A stretch of 64,000 nucleotides of DNA, from contig NC_135659.1 in NCBI RefSeq assembly GCF_964188315.1, positions 101,742,001 through 101,806,000 on the forward strand. The letters run 5' to 3'. The position numbers were made by a program, and so were the translations under genes. Shown here one piece after another: positions 52,121 to 61,951 of this stretch. The notes beneath the pieces were generated by a model. The model made no database searches and had not been told where the DNA came from. It saw only the letters and a list, made by a program, of their open reading frames with translations. The stretch comes from Podarcis muralis (taxonomy: Eukaryota). The stretch's first letter is position 1, and every line of letters starts with the position of its first letter.

Positions 52121-55100
52121 CTAAGCTGCTGCCCCCACCTGGATGGTCCTGCAGGCCTTGAGGGGCTGGAGCAGGGGGCTCTCTACCTGCACTGTCAGCC
52201 TCCGGGGCCCGGCCTGGGTCGGCGTGAAGGGGATCCTCAGCGCTGTGCTGCTGCCAGCTGGGATGTCTCCAAGCCTGCAGAGAGGAGGAGGAGAGGGGGC
52301 TGTTAGGGGCAGAAGGGGGTCGCCAGCTCTCCTGAGGAGGGGCAGCTCAGGAGGAGGATGGAGCAAGCTGGTTTTCTCCTGCTCCAGATGGATTCACGGA
52401 ATCAGAATGGTCGACTGGCAAGGGGCACCAAGGGGCACCTCGGGCCGGACTCAAGTTCCAAGACAGGAGATTCCATGTCAACACCAGGAAGACCTTTGGA
52501 CAGGAGGACCTGTTGGATGGTGGAAGGGACTCCCTGGGGAGGTGGGGGGGGGCTCTCCTTCCTGGGAGGTTTCTGAGCAGAGGCTGGATGGCCAGCTGTC
52601 AGGGATGCTTGAGCGGAGATTTCTGCATTGCAGGGGGCTGGACTAGATGGCCCTCGGGGTCCCTTCCAACTCTACAATTCAACGATTCTAAGAGCAGCTC
52701 CTCACCTTCCCCCCCCCCAGCCTATAAACACCACCCCGCCGTCTGTTATCAGAGGTGCCAAGCAGGTGAATCCAGCTGGCACCTCAGCAGAGAGCCCTTC
52801 CCCCTCAATCCTGGCAGACAAGAGGGGCTGGGCTGGCACAGTCCCACCCCCTCCCACCTCCACTTGCTCTGATCCAGCCGTGGGGAGTGTGTGCCTTTGC
52901 GTTCACCTGGAATGCCAGGGAGCCTTCTCTCCTTCATGGAGAGGGCTTGATCCCCCCAGCCCAAAGAAAGCAACCCTGCCCAGGAGTGCCCTTCACCTGT
53001 AGCTCCTGGTCTTGTGGATGAGTCCCCAGCCTGACACGGAGACGAGGCAGCCTGGGAGGGCCTCCGGGAGGGGGTTGTGGAGCTGGATCTCGGCTTGGGT
53101 GGCCTGGAACTGGGCTGTGCGCTCAGGGACCTGAGAAAGCAGGACAATGGCAGCACAGGGACTGGGGGGGTCTGGGGGGCAGGGGTGGGCTGAAGCCATA
53201 GACCCACTGGGCTTGCTAATGGGGAGGGGGCAGGGCTCTACCCAGCCTGCTTTGCTGTGGCACCCCAAGTCTGAAGAAACAAGGACCTCCTCCTCCCCTT
53301 GAAGGGCTCACAGTCAGGAAAGGGGACTGGGGGCTCACTCCCCAAAAAACAGGCATTGGAGGAGGCCTTTCTTGAGATACTGTGGTGCAACAGCTAGAGT
53401 TGCTCCAGGACCTGGAAGAGACCAGGGTTCAAAGGCCTACTCAGCCATGAAGCTCCCTGGGTCACCTTGGGCCAATCACTGTTCCTCAGCCGAACCTACC
53501 TCACAGGGCGGTTGTGCAGATAAAGTGGGGAGGAAGAACCCGGTGTACCACCGTGAGCTCCGGGGGTGGGGTATGAAAGTAGTTGATTTTTCTCTGCTCT
53601 GCCTTCATGTGTTAGTGGGGCTCAGCTGTGTCTGTGCAGTTAGCTGGAGAAACGGGGGGGGGGGTGTTGCTCTGGCCTCCCACTGACCTGGATGTTGAGT
53701 CCGGGGGCACAGAAGTGGATTTCCTGCCAGGCCAGGTGGTTGCTATGGGAGGCCGTGTCTCTCAGCAGCGCCGTCAGCTTCAGCAAGAGGGAGTTGTTGC
53801 GCAGGGCTGGGCCGTATTCTGCGTAAGGCAGTGTGGTGCTCAGGGCTTCCTCTGGAAAACAAGGCAGGGGGGCTCAGGGAGATTCACAGAGGGCACCCAA
53901 GGACTTGTCCATCACAGGCTGTGATGCCTCTGCAAGGAACCCGGCACGCTTGGACTAGATGGGAGGGGTGTTTGCAGGATGCATCCTCCTCCTGAGCCAG
54001 ACCAATGGCCCATCTAGCCCTACAGGGTCAGCACTGGCTGCAGGGCACTTTCTCTACCCAGAGGTGCCAAAGGGGCTAGATGCCCCTTTGGACCCCTTCC
54101 AGCTCTCTGGTTCTCTGTGTAGGAGAGTAGCAGCCAATCTTAACAAAAGCCTCTTATTTCTAAACAAATTATATGACAAATTACAGATAGGTAGCCGTGT
54201 TGGTCTGCCATAGTCAAAACAAAAAAAATTCCTTCCAGTAGCACCTTAAAGACCAACTAAGTTAGTTCTTGGTATGAGCTTTCGTGTGCATGCACACTTC
54301 TTCAGATACACAGAAGTGTACATGCACACGAAAGCTCATACCAAGAACTAACTTAGTTGGTCTTTAAGGTGCTACTGGAAGGAATTTTTTTTGTTTTGAC
54401 TATGGCAGACCAACACGGCTACCTATCTGTAACTCTTATTTCTAGTTAGCATAAGAAGGGGTTAAGACCACAGAGACTCAGACCATAGAAATACATTTGG
54501 TAGAGAGGGCTCTGTGTGATGTCACTTCCCCTCATCTCTCTTCCTTTGACCAGCCAAGAGGGCAGACATGCCCTTTATCTGCTCCAGCTCAGGCAGATGC
54601 CAGAAGCTGATTATACTGTAAACGGAAGTATTTTGCTTGCATAGCTTTTGCTGCTACTGTTGAGGTTAACCAATGCAGGATTTTAAGTAAATTCTATTTT
54701 TAAACTTACTTCCCAGGCTGTTCCCAGATTCTTTGTTAAATCAGGGTAAGAAAGGGAGAGCCAGCTTACTTCATAGTTGGATTTAGCCTAATTCCCGTGC
54801 TTTTAATTTTGCTGCCAAGGATGGGATTTTGAGAAACTGTTCAGCCCACACATGTGGGCGCCTGAAGAGATAAATTGCAATCAGCAAATCCTCCCCAGCA
54901 AGCTTACCGTGCCCGCTGGGGAGAGTGAAGTGATACTCCTCCTTCCAGAACTGTGGCAGGGCCTTGCCATCATACTGCAGTGGCTGGGCACCCAGAACCA
55001 GTGCCAGGCTCTTCTCCTCCCCAGTCCGGTTCACCACCAACACGGAGACTGGGGCGTCTTGCCCCAACGGCCAGGAGCTCTTGGCCTGGATGTGGGCGAA

Positions 55101-58100
55101 GAGGAGAGGTTCTGTGTCGTCTTCCTGGGCCGGAGGGGCGAGTGGAGGCTGAGGGGGGCAGCTGTCCCCCTCAATCTGGGCTTGGAGCCGCTCCTGTTCG
55201 TGAGAGACCTTGCTCAGCACAGCCCTCTCTGCAGCAGACCCTGCAAAAAACCCAGAAGCCATTTCCACTTTGCTCCTCAGGGAAGCAGGTGATAAATTTC
55301 CTCCTTGACTGGCTGAGAATGGGGGGGGGGGGGGGGCCGGGGTCAGAGATTTAGAGCCCACCCCAGGATGGGGGGGCCAAGCAGAAAGCAAGAGCTCACC
55401 TGCCCCGCTTACCTTCCGGGTGCTTGTAGTGTTGTGTGAGGTCCTCGCACCGGTCGCTGCCCACTGCCTTGGTGCTGAGGTTGTTGCCCACGAACTTCGT
55501 GGAGGAAAAGGCACGCTGGAAGTCGCCGTTGTCCTGTCGCACCCAGGCAGCGCAGGTGGCATTGGTGGCTGCGAAGAAGGTGGCGACGTCGTAGGGCAGG
55601 TCCAGACGACCTTCCTTGATGGCCCGGACAGGGGCTGGCCCGCAAAACGAGGAGTCTGGAGAGGAAGGGGAGGACGACAATTGGGGTAGGGGTGGCCCCT
55701 TTGGCCCAAGGTACCCCTGTTTTAGCCTCTGGTGGTGGTCCAAGCAGAAGCCCCCCTCTGGCTTGTGGAGGTGGAGGCGAGGGGGCTACACAGTGTGGCT
55801 AAAAGGGCAAGCTAGTCAGAATCACGGCAGACCTGTAGAGAAGGGTACCCCAACGGTCATCTAGTCCAACCCCCTGCAATGCAATGATCCCACCTAAGGA
55901 ATCCCTGACAGATGGCCTCTTTCCCATCAATCACCCCCCTCTAGGGGGAAGCTGCTCCCCCATCCCGCTCTCTCCATATTGTGGCTGGGGGTCAATGCCA
56001 GTGTCCCTTGAGCCCCCCACCCGCCCGTGGGACCTACAGCTGCCCTCTTCCTGAGGCGTGGCATCCACGGCTTGCCATCCGTCGTAGCCGGGGGGCAGAT
56101 CCCGACGGGCCATCCAGCACTCGTTCCAGGCGTGGAAAGGCCTGCGGGAGACGCGGAGGGAATGTCTTAGGGGTGGGGCCGTCTTGGGGGACCCCGAAGC
56201 CCGTCCGTCTCCCCACTCCAGTATTCCGGCGCCTCACCAGACGGCAGCCTCGGAGAGGCCGGGGATCAGGGCGGCGCTCTCGTCGAAGTATTCGTCCACG
56301 CGCAGGCGGCCGGCCGTGTCTTGGGCGGAGGCGAAGCTGGTGACCACGCGGGTGGGGATGCCCAGGCTCCGCAGCACTGCAGAGAGAGGGGCAGCGGGAG
56401 CTGGGCGGCGAGAGGGCTCCCGGGGGAAGGGACCCCCAGGGCCATCCAGTCCCACCCCCTTCCGTGCAGGAATCACAACCCTTTAGCCTTAGGGAACGGC
56501 AGGTTCGCCCACGCCCCGTTAGGAGGGCGACATTTACACCGGCTCCCTCGACACTAAACCCCTTTCAGCAGGAGGGGGTCCAGTTCCTCAGAGCTAGCAG
56601 AGTAGGCATGGTGGGGGGCAACCATCTCAGGCAGCAGGGGCCCCTTCCTCGCCTGGGGCCCATCCCTGAACAGGACCCTGTACCTGTGCACAGGACCCCC
56701 GCGAAGACCCAACACTGCCCGTAGCGGACAGGCTGCCCTCGCGCTGCCAGCCACCGGCGCAGGATGGGGGCGCTGCCCGGCCACTGGAAAGGGGACGTCC
56801 CGTCGCTGTAGTCCCCGGTCCAGCCACCCTCCAGGATCGCTTGGTGCGTCTTGCTGTTCAGCTGGAGTGGGGGTGGGGAGAGAAAAGTGAGCAGCACCAG
56901 GAGAAAGCCCCCCCCCCCAACATAACAAGGTAGAGTTAGAAGGGATTGTGGGAATTCACAGTCGAAATAACGTTGCAGGTATGAAAGGGTTAAGACTCCG
57001 AGTTCCTCCTGCCTCAGGACTCTTCTCTTTTCCGCGCTGCTTCCGAGGCAGCCAGACATCTATGGAGACTTCCTTTTTAACTCTGCATTTTGCAAGGAGC
57101 ATTTTCCTTCTTTTTGTTACTGTTGCTGCTGGAGTGGAACGCGAGACGTATGCACGTAAATGCTGTTTTCACGCTTGGTCTACAGTCTGCTGTGTTATTC
57201 TTTTCATTAAGAGGGAAAAGGGGGAAATCCAGACTGTTCCCCCAGCCTGGAAGAATGGCAATAAGGCTACACAGCCGAGTCCCGAAGTTTCCACTTTAGT
57301 GCTGCAAAGGGTGGGGTTTGGAACTCTGCTAACTAATTGTTTTAACTTTAAACGTTCTGCTCACACATGTGAGTAATAGCGAGGATAAATTGTAAAACAT
57401 ATCCGACCCGCTGCCTATCAAAAAATATCCAGCAGGACCCCCAAGGGTCATCGAGTCCACCCCCCCCTGCAAGGCAGGAATGGCAGCTAAATGCACCCCG
57501 TGGCCAGCAGGGGGCGCTACCGGCCCGGCCCGGTCCCGAGGGTTCCTGAGCATGTGCAGCTGCTTCCCCTAAGCCGGCAGGGTCTGCGGGCGACTCTGCC
57601 TCCTGCTCACCTACCATGGAGCTGACCAGGCGGCAGACGTGGAGAGGGTCGCTGCGCTGGGCGCAGGGCGCGTCCTGCAACCAGAAGAGGCCGATGGCCG
57701 GCAGGGCCAGGCTGAGGTCCACGATGTCCTCTTGGAACTGAAAAGGGAGGCGGAGAATTGAAGGCTGGAGGATGGGGGTCCCCCGACCATCCCGACCCCT
57801 CCGCTCCGCGCGCGCCTTCCGCAGCAGTAAGGAGCAGCCCCGCACGTGGACGGGGCGGCCATCTCCCTGCAGGTGCGGCCGCCCACCTGGCCCAAACCGG
57901 CCAGGCGCAGCCGACCCCTGGGCTGAGCGGGGATGGGTCTCTCGCTCACCTGGCCGTAATCCCAGGGCTGCTGCTGGGGCGCCTCCTCCAGCCCCCAGTA
58001 AACGGTGCCCTCCTCATTGCACACGTATTCCTGGCGCTGCGCCTCGTTGGGCAGGAAGACGCTGTCCTCTGCGGGAGACGGGCCGTCAGGGGGGCGGCAG

Positions 58101-60447
58101 CACAGCCTGGGGAGGGGCTGCTCTGGTTGGCAGGGGTCCCCCTGCGCCGCCCCCTCCCGGCAGCAGACCTTCCGACCCCACCCACTGCCCTCTTGGCTCC
58201 GGCATCCTGGCCTTGGTTGGCACCGACGCGTCTTGCCTACCTTGGCACCAGGGGTTGAAGAGGAGCGTGAAGGTGCCCAGCGGGCGCGGAGCCCCTCGGC
58301 CATGCTGCAGCAGGAGGGAGTATCGGCCGATGACGGCGTCGGCGGGCGAAGTCACGGTCAGCGTCCAAGAGAGGCTCTCGGGGGCGTCCACGAAAGCCTG
58401 CCAGCCGCTCTGGCGGCCCTGGCGGGAGATGGGGAAGCGCACCAGGGACCCGTCCTTCTGGGATGGCCGCTGCCCTGCAGCCAGAAACGCGAGATGGCCC
58501 AAAGGGGACGCAAGGCAGCGAGGGGCGGGGGACAGGTCTGCTGGAGGGGCTGGCTGGAGAAAGGAACGGGGGCGCAGGTAGGCAAGAGAGGGGCCACGAG
58601 GCCCTGCGGGGGTCTCTGAGTTCTCCTCGACAGTCCTGTCAGACGGGGGTGGACGGCGAGCCTCCGCAGGGCCAAATTCAGGGCTTCATTCAGGGCAAAC
58701 TGATTTTAACCGGGGTGTAAAAACATCTAGTGCAAACATATGACACACCTCCCAGCTGTTTTAGGAGACGGTGCTACACAATTACTTTTCTGCATTCCTT
58801 CCGAGAAGGGCATTCTAGCTCTGGGGGAGAGTTAGTTGCTTTGCAAGCAGAAGGTCCCGGGTTCAAATCCTGACAGCATCTCCAAGTGGGGCTGGCTCCC
58901 ACCCCCCCACCCGCTGAACGCGCTGAAGGATCGCTGGCAAGCAGTCTAGAAAATCCTAAGCGAGGTGGCCCAGGGCCCTGACCTCATAATCGTAGCGTTG
59001 GAAGGGACCCGAGAGTCATCTAGCTTCCTGAAAACGGGTCCATGGGCGTGTCCTCCCTGTCCCCACCCCCGGCTGGGGCACTGCTGCTGGCGAAGGTGCA
59101 AGTCCCGCCCCTCGTGTGCCCAGCAAAGCGGACCCACTTTACAGGACCGCTGAAATGATTGAGAAAGTTAATGGGACGCTCTCAATTGTTCATCTCGCCT
59201 TCATCTCTGACCCGCCTTACTTTTTTGGAGGGGTTGTAATTTCCTCCAGGCGCCGCGCAAACTTAGCTGCCGCTCCTTTTCTCCCCTGTGATGCTTAACT
59301 CCCCCCTCCCGCTCTGCTCTGCAACTGCAGACGGTGCGTCTCCTGGTGGGCTCCCGCCGCTTCTGCCAGCCGGCAACCACCCCCCTCCCAGCCGGAGGAG
59401 CGCGAGAGGCGCGCCGGGGCTCCTGGTGCGGCGGGGCCGTCGGGGAGCCGCGGGTCTTCGGCCTCCGGATCTTCCGGAGCTTACCCGTCTGAGCGACCAG
59501 GCAGGTCTTGCGCAGGTACCTCCGGGGGGCTCCGGGCAGCGGCTCTCGGAAGTGGAGGGTGAGCGCAAAGGGCTGCCCGCGCCGCACCACCAGGCGCTCG
59601 GTGCTGACGGCCGCCGTGCGGTGCGCCGCGTTGTTCCTCGACGGCTGCAAGTCGCATCTCGACACCTGCAGGGCTGCGGGGCGGGAGGGGGGCGGGCGGT
59701 GAGGGGGCAGGCGGCACGCAGGGCGGGGTCGGGGGTCGCTTCCGCTCCCCTCCCGCTCTTCTGGCAAAGGAACGAGGGCGCAGGTAGGCAAGAGAGGGGC
59801 CACGAGGCCCTGCGGGGGTCTTTGAGGCCGGCGTCTGGACAGTAGTGACTGACCGCCCGACTGCGGCAGCCAGGAATGTCCCTCTCTCCCCTGAAAGGCG
59901 CTTAGGGGGCTGCTCACGACCCCTGAGAAGTGGGACTCTGCTGAGGGTGCTGAGGTCTGTTTGGAATGGCGGGGGGGAGCCATGTTGCAAAAGTGCGCGG
60001 GAGGGGGGTCCTGCCTGACGCCGCTGGGTGTGACAGAGCAACGCACACGCCGCACGTGAGAACGGGGCTGGTCCCCGAACTCCTCCTGGTCACTGAGGTT
60101 GCTGCCCAAAGCTCTGCTCCTGCTCTTGGCTGTAGAGGAGTCCTTTCGACAGGGCCGCTCTCGTCAGCCCTGCTCTTTTGGCTCCCCTCCCACTCCCCCC
60201 GCTTTAGCCGGGCCTAAACGCCCCCCCCCCCTTGAGACGCACCCAGCTTGCACCCAGCACCCTCGCCCCGCTTCGTGGCTCCCTGCCGGCCTCCTTCCTA
60301 CAAGGCCAGGGGCTCCCGCCCGCCTGGCCGGCCTCCGTTGCGCCGCGCTGTGATGCTGCGCCGAGGAGCCTAGCAGACGCCTCTGGGATGGCACCGGGTT
60401 TGGACCGCTTGGCAGTGCCCAGGGAGTCCCCGCTCACCTTGGCCCAT
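52121..60447 (-). CDS. EPB42: Erythrocyte membrane protein 4.2 orthologue (transglutaminase family), 13 exons, 707 aa, catalytic triad intact
   Basis: Exons 60438-60447, 59485-59673, 58241-58474, 57950-58068, 57615-57737, 56684-56861, 56238-56376, 56038-56141, 55413-55655, 54908-55240, 53688-53851, 52997-53130, 52121-52274 sum to 2124 nt. 10-nt MGQ first exon, [28 protein letters not shown] and [10 protein letters not shown] resemble protein 4.2. Position between CCNDBP1 and TGM5 matches human; GATA/E-box promoter. Confidence 0.88.
52365..52692 (+). mobile_element. CR1-type LINE 3-prime fragment
   Basis: GGACTAGATGGCCCTCGGGGTCCCTTCCAACTCTAC...GATTCT terminus. Shorter pieces at ~1150, 1990, 29640, 31860, 35720, 36160, 47410-47910, 49690, 55840, 61660-61830. 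Confidence 0.7.
53370..53580 (+). mobile_element. Diverged Sauria-type SINE
   Basis: GGGTTCAAA B-box-like motif, GGGTCACCTTGGGCCAATCAC, ACCTACCTCACAGGG core. Confidence 0.6.
54163..54432. mobile_element. Palindromic Penelope-like element remnant in EPB42 intron 10
   Basis: Arms 54181-54301 and 54312-54432 (121 bp, 1 mismatch), 10-nt spacer. Flanked by a 12-bp direct repeat CTCTTATTTCTA (54151-54162, 54433-54444). Contains a PLE-type hammerhead motif. Confidence 0.75.
54272..54309 (-). ncRNA. Minimal type I hammerhead ribozyme motif
   Basis: Minus strand GTAT-CTGAAGA-A-GTGTG-CATG-CACAC-GAA-AGCT-C-ATAC: stem I GTAT/ATAC, core CUGANGA...GAAA, stem II, palindromic AGCU stem III, CUC cleavage triplet. 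Confidence 0.7.
54447..54880. mobile_element. LTR/DIRS-like terminal-repeat fragment, copy 1
   Basis: Extended similarity to 62410-62785 (GACCATAGAAATACA...GGGCTCTGTGTGATG...GTATTTTGCTTGCATAGCTT...GCTGCCAAGGATGGGATTTTGA...CATGTGGGCGCCTG). Weaker relative at ~56935-57400. Class assignment is inference. Confidence 0.5.
58560..58620. repeat. 61-bp dispersed direct repeat, copy A (EPB42 intron 2)
   Basis: 59/61 identical to 59766-59826. Confidence 0.9.
59766..59826. repeat. 61-bp dispersed direct repeat, copy B (EPB42 intron 1)
   Basis: 59/61 identical to 58560-58620. Confidence 0.9.
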
Positions 60448-60600
60448 GGCGCTTTGCGGGCCGCGGGCTCCGTCCCTTCCTCCTCTTGCCTCGGGCTGGC
60501 GGCGGGCGGGCGGGCGGGCGGGCGGGCGGTCGGGGCCGAGGATGGCGAGGCTGCCTCTGCCGGGCACGTCGGGTGGGGCCCCCTCGCCTCTCCCGGGCTC

Positions 60601-60644
60601 CTTATCAGGCTGGCGTCACCTGCCGCCCTTATCTCTGCCACGTG
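60601..60644 (-). promoter_or_regulatory. Erythroid-type GATA / E-box composite upstream of EPB42
   Basis: On the minus strand: CAGGTG-N9-TGATAAG (60601-60622), AGATAAG (60628-60634), CACGTG (60639-60644); 150-200 bp upstream of the ATG. Confidence 0.65.
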
Positions 60645-61012
60645 CGGCTGGCAGGGCGGTTCCGACGGGCCTTTCCAAGCAGCTGCCCGTTACGGGGCGG
60701 GCTGCTTTCTGCTGGGTTCGCTTTCTCACGCTTCGTGCGGTTTTTCCCATTCGCGGGACGCGGCTCAGGTGTGTTCCCTGCAGGCCACAAAGAGCAGGTG
60801 GCGCCGCGCAAACTGTCATGCATTTCTAAAGCCGATCTCTCAGTGCGGCAGCATTTGCCCTCTGGAACTCCCTGCCCCTTGACCTCAGGCAGGCGCCTTC
60901 GCCGCCCTCTCTCGCCTCGCTGGGGAGAGCAGGGTGCGCAAGACATTCTGGTTCAGGAAAGCCTGTGCACACGCGTGAGTTTATTGCCGATTTTATGTTC
61001 TAAAGAGTTGCT

Positions 61013-61038
61013 TTTATTGACAGCCTAATTGTTTTATT
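61013..61038 (-). terminator. Tandem poly(A) signals of the TGM5-like gene
   Basis: AATAAA on the minus strand at 61013-61018 and 61033-61038, ~300 nt after the stop codon. Confidence 0.6.
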
Positions 61039-61332
61039 CTCTTTGTAAGCCGCAGTTTTTTATGACATTGATTGAATAATTACGGGAAGTGTCTCTATCC
61101 CCACGAGCGACAGTGTGTCTGCGCGGGACTGGGGCGCAGGATAGCGAGGCGTCTTCCCCGGAAGAACTGCTGCCTGCGCTTCCCGCCCGGGGAGACGGGG
61201 GTCTGCGGCGGCAGAAGGAACCGGCGAGGCGGCGGCGGCGGCGGCGGGTGGGACTGCAGACTTTTATAGGAGGGGGCAAAGGGGGTCTGAGCAGTCGTGG
61301 CCCTCCAGGCGCTGCCGGGGGTCCCGGCTTAG

Positions 61333-61910
61333 TCAGTCCCTGCGACACCTCCATCCCGAGCGGGGGGCCACTTGCAGCTGCTTGTGGCCCTTGACTGGGG
61401 GGAACTGGCTGCTCTTGAGTGTGACGTGCAGCTGCCGGGGGCCGCTCTTGTAGGGCGTCAGCTGGAGCCGGATGCTGGTCTGCTTCCGGGGGCCCAGGGG
61501 CCCCAACCTGCAAAGAGAAGAAGAGCCTGGCAGGGAGGTGGCCAAAGGGACGGCACACTTTCCTTTCTTACCTGCTGTGAGGCAGTGATGAGCCCCAAAT
61601 GGGCGGGGGGGGGAAGGGGGGGCACTTACAGTGCCAAGGAGGCATAAACCATAGCAGCGTAAAGCTGGAATGGAACCCAAGAGTCATCTAGTCCAACCCC
61701 CTGAAGTGGAGAAAACAAATAAATCATCTGTCATCAAGGATGCTTCAGTTGAGATTCCTGAATTGCAGGGGGTTGGACTAGATGACCCTCAGGGGTCCCT
61801 TCCAACTCTACAGTTCTATGATTCTGTCCCTGACAGGTGGCCATCCAACCTCTTGACCAAAGAGAAGGAAGATATATGGAGGCCCCTGTGGGAGAGGGTC
61901 TTCCTCACCT

Positions 61911-61951
<41 letters not shown>

